DNA of 52,633 bases, taken from the NCBI GenBank assembly GCA_036511575.1, contig DATCCA010000149.1:1-52633 (forward strand). Direction: 5' to 3'. Both the position numbers and the translations under genes were made by a program. Below, one piece after another: positions 49,551 to 52,633 of this stretch. The stretch comes from Acidimicrobiales bacterium (GTDB lineage: Bacteria > Actinomycetota > Acidimicrobiia > Acidimicrobiales > RAAP-2). The notes under the pieces were generated by a model. The model worked only from the letters and a program-made list of their open reading frames with translations, ran no database searches and was not told where the DNA came from. Every line of letters begins with the position of its first letter. The stretch's first letter is position 1.

Positions 49551-50675
49551 ATGAAGGTGCAGGTTTTGCCCACGTCGCTCGCGACTCGAAAATATGCGCG
49601 TCTCACGGCGATGGGGTCATTGACGCTCGCGAGCGCCCTGGTGGGCCTTGGAACGACGGCATCAAGTGCGACGATCCGCGAACCGGTTCGTGCGGGCACG
49701 CTGCACCCCGTGGGTACACGGTCCCCGCTCAGTGCACTGCACCCACACGTGCTGCTCCCGCCACAGAATCCGACATCGAACAGTGTGCCGACTTCGGCGA
49801 TGTATGAGAACTGCTTAACGAAGTCACCGACGTCGAGTCAGGTCACCAATTGCGACCAGGAGACCGTCAGCGCGATTGACGCCGCTCGAACTGGTGAGGA
49901 CGTCGGATCAATGACTTTGCCGGTTGGCTACGACCAGATGCCCCAAACTGAGCAGGTGCTCGTCGTGTCGAATCTCGAACGAACCGACCGTGGCCTCACT
50001 CCGGTGGCGGGGCTGTCGTCATCGCTTGACGCGTTGGCGCTGAAGGGCGCGCAGAACAACACGGACCCACCCTTCCCCAACCCCTTCTATGGCACGGGCG
50101 GCGGTTCCAACTGGGCCAGCACGTCGTCCGTGCTGCTCGCCGACTTCCTCTTCATGTACGACGACGGGCCTGGCGTGGGTGGCATCAACAGTGACTGCAC
50201 CGCGTCGAACGCTTCGGATTGCTGGGGCCACCGCGACAACATTCTGGGCAACTACGACCAACCACTCCTCATGGGTGCAGCGACGGTGTCGGGTTTCTCG
50301 CTCACCGAAGAGTTCATTGGCGGCGACCGCGTTGACGAGCCCGACGTCACAACGTGGAGTTCGCTGGCAACACTCTTCCCCGTTGCCGTGTCGGTGTCAC
50401 CCGGCATCCCCGGAACTCCCACCGACGTCATCGCGCGTTCGGCCGCCTCTCGAGTCCGCGTCACGTGGAATGCACCTTCGTGGGACGGTGGCGACGCCAT
50501 TGTCGCCTATCGCGTGTACTCAACACCAGCCGGACTGCACTGCACCACGAGTGCCACCGCGTGCGTCATGACCAACGCGCTCAGCCATGGGAGTTATCTC
50601 TTTACCGTGGTCGCACAAAACGCCATTGGCCTCAGCGTGCCTTCGGCACGCTCGAATCGCGTGACCTTTACCTAA
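49551..50675 (+). CDS. Secreted CAP/SCP-like domain protein with C-terminal fibronectin type III domain
   Basis: Signal-like N-terminus; CWGHRDNIL; FN3 motifs W.AP..DGG..I..Y and Y.F.V.A.N..G.S..S. Start is uncertain. Confidence 0.7.
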   Translation: MKVQVLPTSLATRKYARLTAMGSLTLASALVGLGTTASSATIREPVRAGTLHPVGTRSPLSALHPHVLLPPQNPTSNSVPTSAMYENCLTKSPTSSQVTNCDQETVSAIDAARTGEDVGSMTLPVGYDQMPQTEQVLVVSNLERTDRGLTPVAGLSSSLDALALKGAQNNTDPPFPNPFYGTGGGSNWASTSSVLLADFLFMYDDGPGVGGINSDCTASNASDCWGHRDNILGNYDQPLLMGAATVSGFSLTEEFIGGDRVDEPDVTTWSSLATLFPVAVSVSPGIPGTPTDVIARSAASRVRVTWNAPSWDGGDAIVAYRVYSTPAGLHCTTSATACVMTNALSHGSYLFTVVAQNAIGLSVPSARSNRVTFT

Positions 50676-50703
50676 TAGTGCGTCGCGACAGGTCGCAACT
50701 CGG

Positions 50704-52128
50704 TTAGTGAGGCTGGTCGGACCACCACTCGCGTAGACGAACGGCCGCTTCTTGAGGCGTGATCTCCCCCTCATCGAGTCGGATCTCCATGAGAAAGTCG
50801 AGGGCTCGACCAACGGCCGGGCTCGGCTTGACACCGAGCAGCTCCATCACGGCCACGCCGTCCAGCGCTGGTCGGAGTCGGCTGAGGTCTTCCAGTTCTC
50901 GAAGTTCCCCAATGCGCACCTCAAGCTCGTCCATTCGTTGCGCGAGCGAGGCCGCCTTGCGGGCGTTTCGCGTCGTGCAATCACAGCGCGTCAGTTCATT
51001 CAACTGGTCGAGCAGGGGGCCGGCGTCACGCACGTAGCGTCGTACTGCCCGGTCACTCCACCCCATCTTGTACGTGTGGAAGCGCAGGTGCAGTTCCACC
51101 AATGCGCTGACGTCGTCGATCATCTCCTGGGAGTACTTCAGCGCGGTCATGCGCTTGCGCGTCATCTTGGCCCCGACCACCTCGTGGAATCGGAACGTCA
51201 CACCATCTTCGCCAATCGCGCGCGTCGCGGGCTTACCAATGTCGTGAAACAGCGCGGCGAGGCGCAACACCAAGTCGGGCGACGTCTTATCGACGACGGC
51301 CCAGGTGTGGCGAAGAACGTCCTTGTGGCGATGGATGGGGTCCTGCTCGAGCTGCAACTTCGGCAGTTCCGGGAAGAAGTACTCGGCGAGACCCGTGCGC
51401 ACAATGAAATCAAGGCCGATCGATGGTTGCGACGTCATCATGAGGAGGTCAAGCTCACCGCGTATGCGCTCAGCCGACACCTTGGTCAGTCGTTCGCCCA
51501 TCGTGGCGGCCGCGGCCTCGATGGCGGGATCGATGGAGAGATCAAAGCGCGCCGCGAAGCGTGCGGCACGAAGCATGCGCAGTGGGTCGTCACTGAAAAG
51601 GATGCTGGCGTCGATCGGTGTGCGCAACACCTTCTCGTGCAGGTCGTTGAAGCCGTCGTAGAAATCGAAGAGCGTCTGCACGTCAGGCGTCGCGGCGTCC
51701 AGTGCGACGACGTCGAGTGCCAGCGCGTTGATGGTGAAGTCACGTCGGCTGAGGTCAGCCTCCAGCGAGTCGCCCCACTGCACCGACGGTTTGCGCGAAT
51801 GGTCCACGTACGCCTCGGACCGGAACGTGGTGATTTCGACCTTGATGCCGCTCAGGCGCAGTAGACCGCCGAGTGTCCCGAACGCTCGACCCTGCTCCCA
51901 CATGGTCGAACAGAGCGGCTTCATCAGACGTTCGATGTCATCGGGCCGGGCGTTGGTCGTGAAGTCGATCTCGTAGTCCTCACCCTTGGGCACGTCGAGC
52001 ACGGCGTCGCGCACGGAGCCGCCCACGGCGTAGAGCGAGAAGCCCGCGTCGGCGAATGCGCGGGCCAATGAACTCGATTGATGGGCCAAATCACTGAGTC
52101 GCTCGTGAACCTGATCGATTGATAGCAC
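50704..52128 (-). CDS. cca: CCA tRNA nucleotidyltransferase with HD domain
   Basis: VGGSVRD, EIDFTT, RRDFTINA, DDPLRMLR and HDIGK motifs. Confidence 0.93.
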   Translation of the reverse strand: MLSIDQVHERLSDLAHQSSSLARAFADAGFSLYAVGGSVRDAVLDVPKGEDYEIDFTTNARPDDIERLMKPLCSTMWEQGRAFGTLGGLLRLSGIKVEITTFRSEAYVDHSRKPSVQWGDSLEADLSRRDFTINALALDVVALDAATPDVQTLFDFYDGFNDLHEKVLRTPIDASILFSDDPLRMLRAARFAARFDLSIDPAIEAAAATMGERLTKVSAERIRGELDLLMMTSQPSIGLDFIVRTGLAEYFFPELPKLQLEQDPIHRHKDVLRHTWAVVDKTSPDLVLRLAALFHDIGKPATRAIGEDGVTFRFHEVVGAKMTRKRMTALKYSQEMIDDVSALVELHLRFHTYKMGWSDRAVRRYVRDAGPLLDQLNELTRCDCTTRNARKAASLAQRMDELEVRIGELRELEDLSRLRPALDGVAVMELLGVKPSPAVGRALDFLMEIRLDEGEITPQEAAVRLREWWSDQPH

Positions 52129-52187
52129 TGCGAATGAGGGTAGTTGGCGCCAGAACACGCAGCCGCACGAAGGTAGCCTGTGAAGGC

Positions 52188-52633
52188 ATGTTCCACCGAT
52201 TTTCGACCTGGTGGCGGGCGCTTAGCGTGGTACTCCTCTGCCTCGCAACGGTGACGTGGCCCACGGCCGCGCAGGCTGGGACGACGCCCACCTTCTCGAT
52301 CCTCCACCAAGACGCCGTCGCCGCCCTTTCCGCGAAGGGCACGACGCACTTTTCCCTCACGTTGGCAACGAATCCCAAGGGCGTTGCCTCAAAAGCACGC
52401 GTCACGATGTACCCGCGAGTGATCGATCGTTCCCAACTCACCCCGATCATCTCGGGTGCGGGCGTCACCGGTCGGGCAATGTCTACGACCAGCACTTTTA
52501 CCTTGCGCTGCGAGATCCACGGCACCTTCACCTTCACTGTTGACCTCTTCACCGGTCGCACCGGCTCGCTTCGACGGACCTGCTATCCGGTGGCCCCGCA
52601 CATGCGTTTGGCCTGTCACGGTCCCAACTGTGA
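52188..52633 (+). CDS. Secreted/membrane protein, 5' partial; probably DUF6049 family by synteny
   Basis: Not in the ORF track. Open from ATG 52188 to the window end: MFHRFSTWWRALSVVLLCLATVTWPTAAQA signal peptide; divergent from the CCA enzyme. Confidence 0.65.
   Translation, partial: MFHRFSTWWRALSVVLLCLATVTWPTAAQAGTTPTFSILHQDAVAALSAKGTTHFSLTLATNPKGVASKARVTMYPRVIDRSQLTPIISGAGVTGRAMSTTSTFTLRCEIHGTFTFTVDLFTGRTGSLRRTCYPVAPHMRLACHGPNC

Noticed and set aside
50752-51864. 370-aa plus-strand ORF
   Set aside because: It is an antisense shadow of the CCA enzyme, common in high-GC DNA, with no recognisable motifs.

Overview
This is a high-GC actinobacterial chromosome segment. Protein style and synteny suggest Acidimicrobiia, which is an inference. 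The left end holds a myo-inositol catabolic locus: a partial sugar ABC ATPase, a GntR/UTRA regulator, iolC, an aldolase, iolB, iolD, an MFS transporter and an amidase. Small accessory modules follow: SRPBCC-ArsR, YtrA-like GntR-ABC, PadR, a MetB-like enzyme, DoxX, DUF429, a divergent IDH/IPMDH and putA. The middle contains a GT4 / six-hairpin / GH130 glycan operon preceded by a perfect CRP box, an in-frame chimera of a polyamine ABC ATPase and permease, a 65-aa His/Cys microprotein and a secreted protein with 8 Cys-paired repeats. Further right are a formamidase, an orphan RegX3-like regulator, a Bcp peroxiredoxin, 2-oxoacid dehydrogenase E1/E2 genes and rlmN. The right end is the conserved origin-proximal block (dnaB, rplI, rpsR, ssb, rpsF, DUF5318, padR-ino1, CCA enzyme, probable DUF6049). 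In this block panB and a PadR-ABC module sit where ponA1 is usually found. I saw no tRNA, rRNA, CRISPR array, transposase or integrase. All calls come from reading the sequence; no searches were run.
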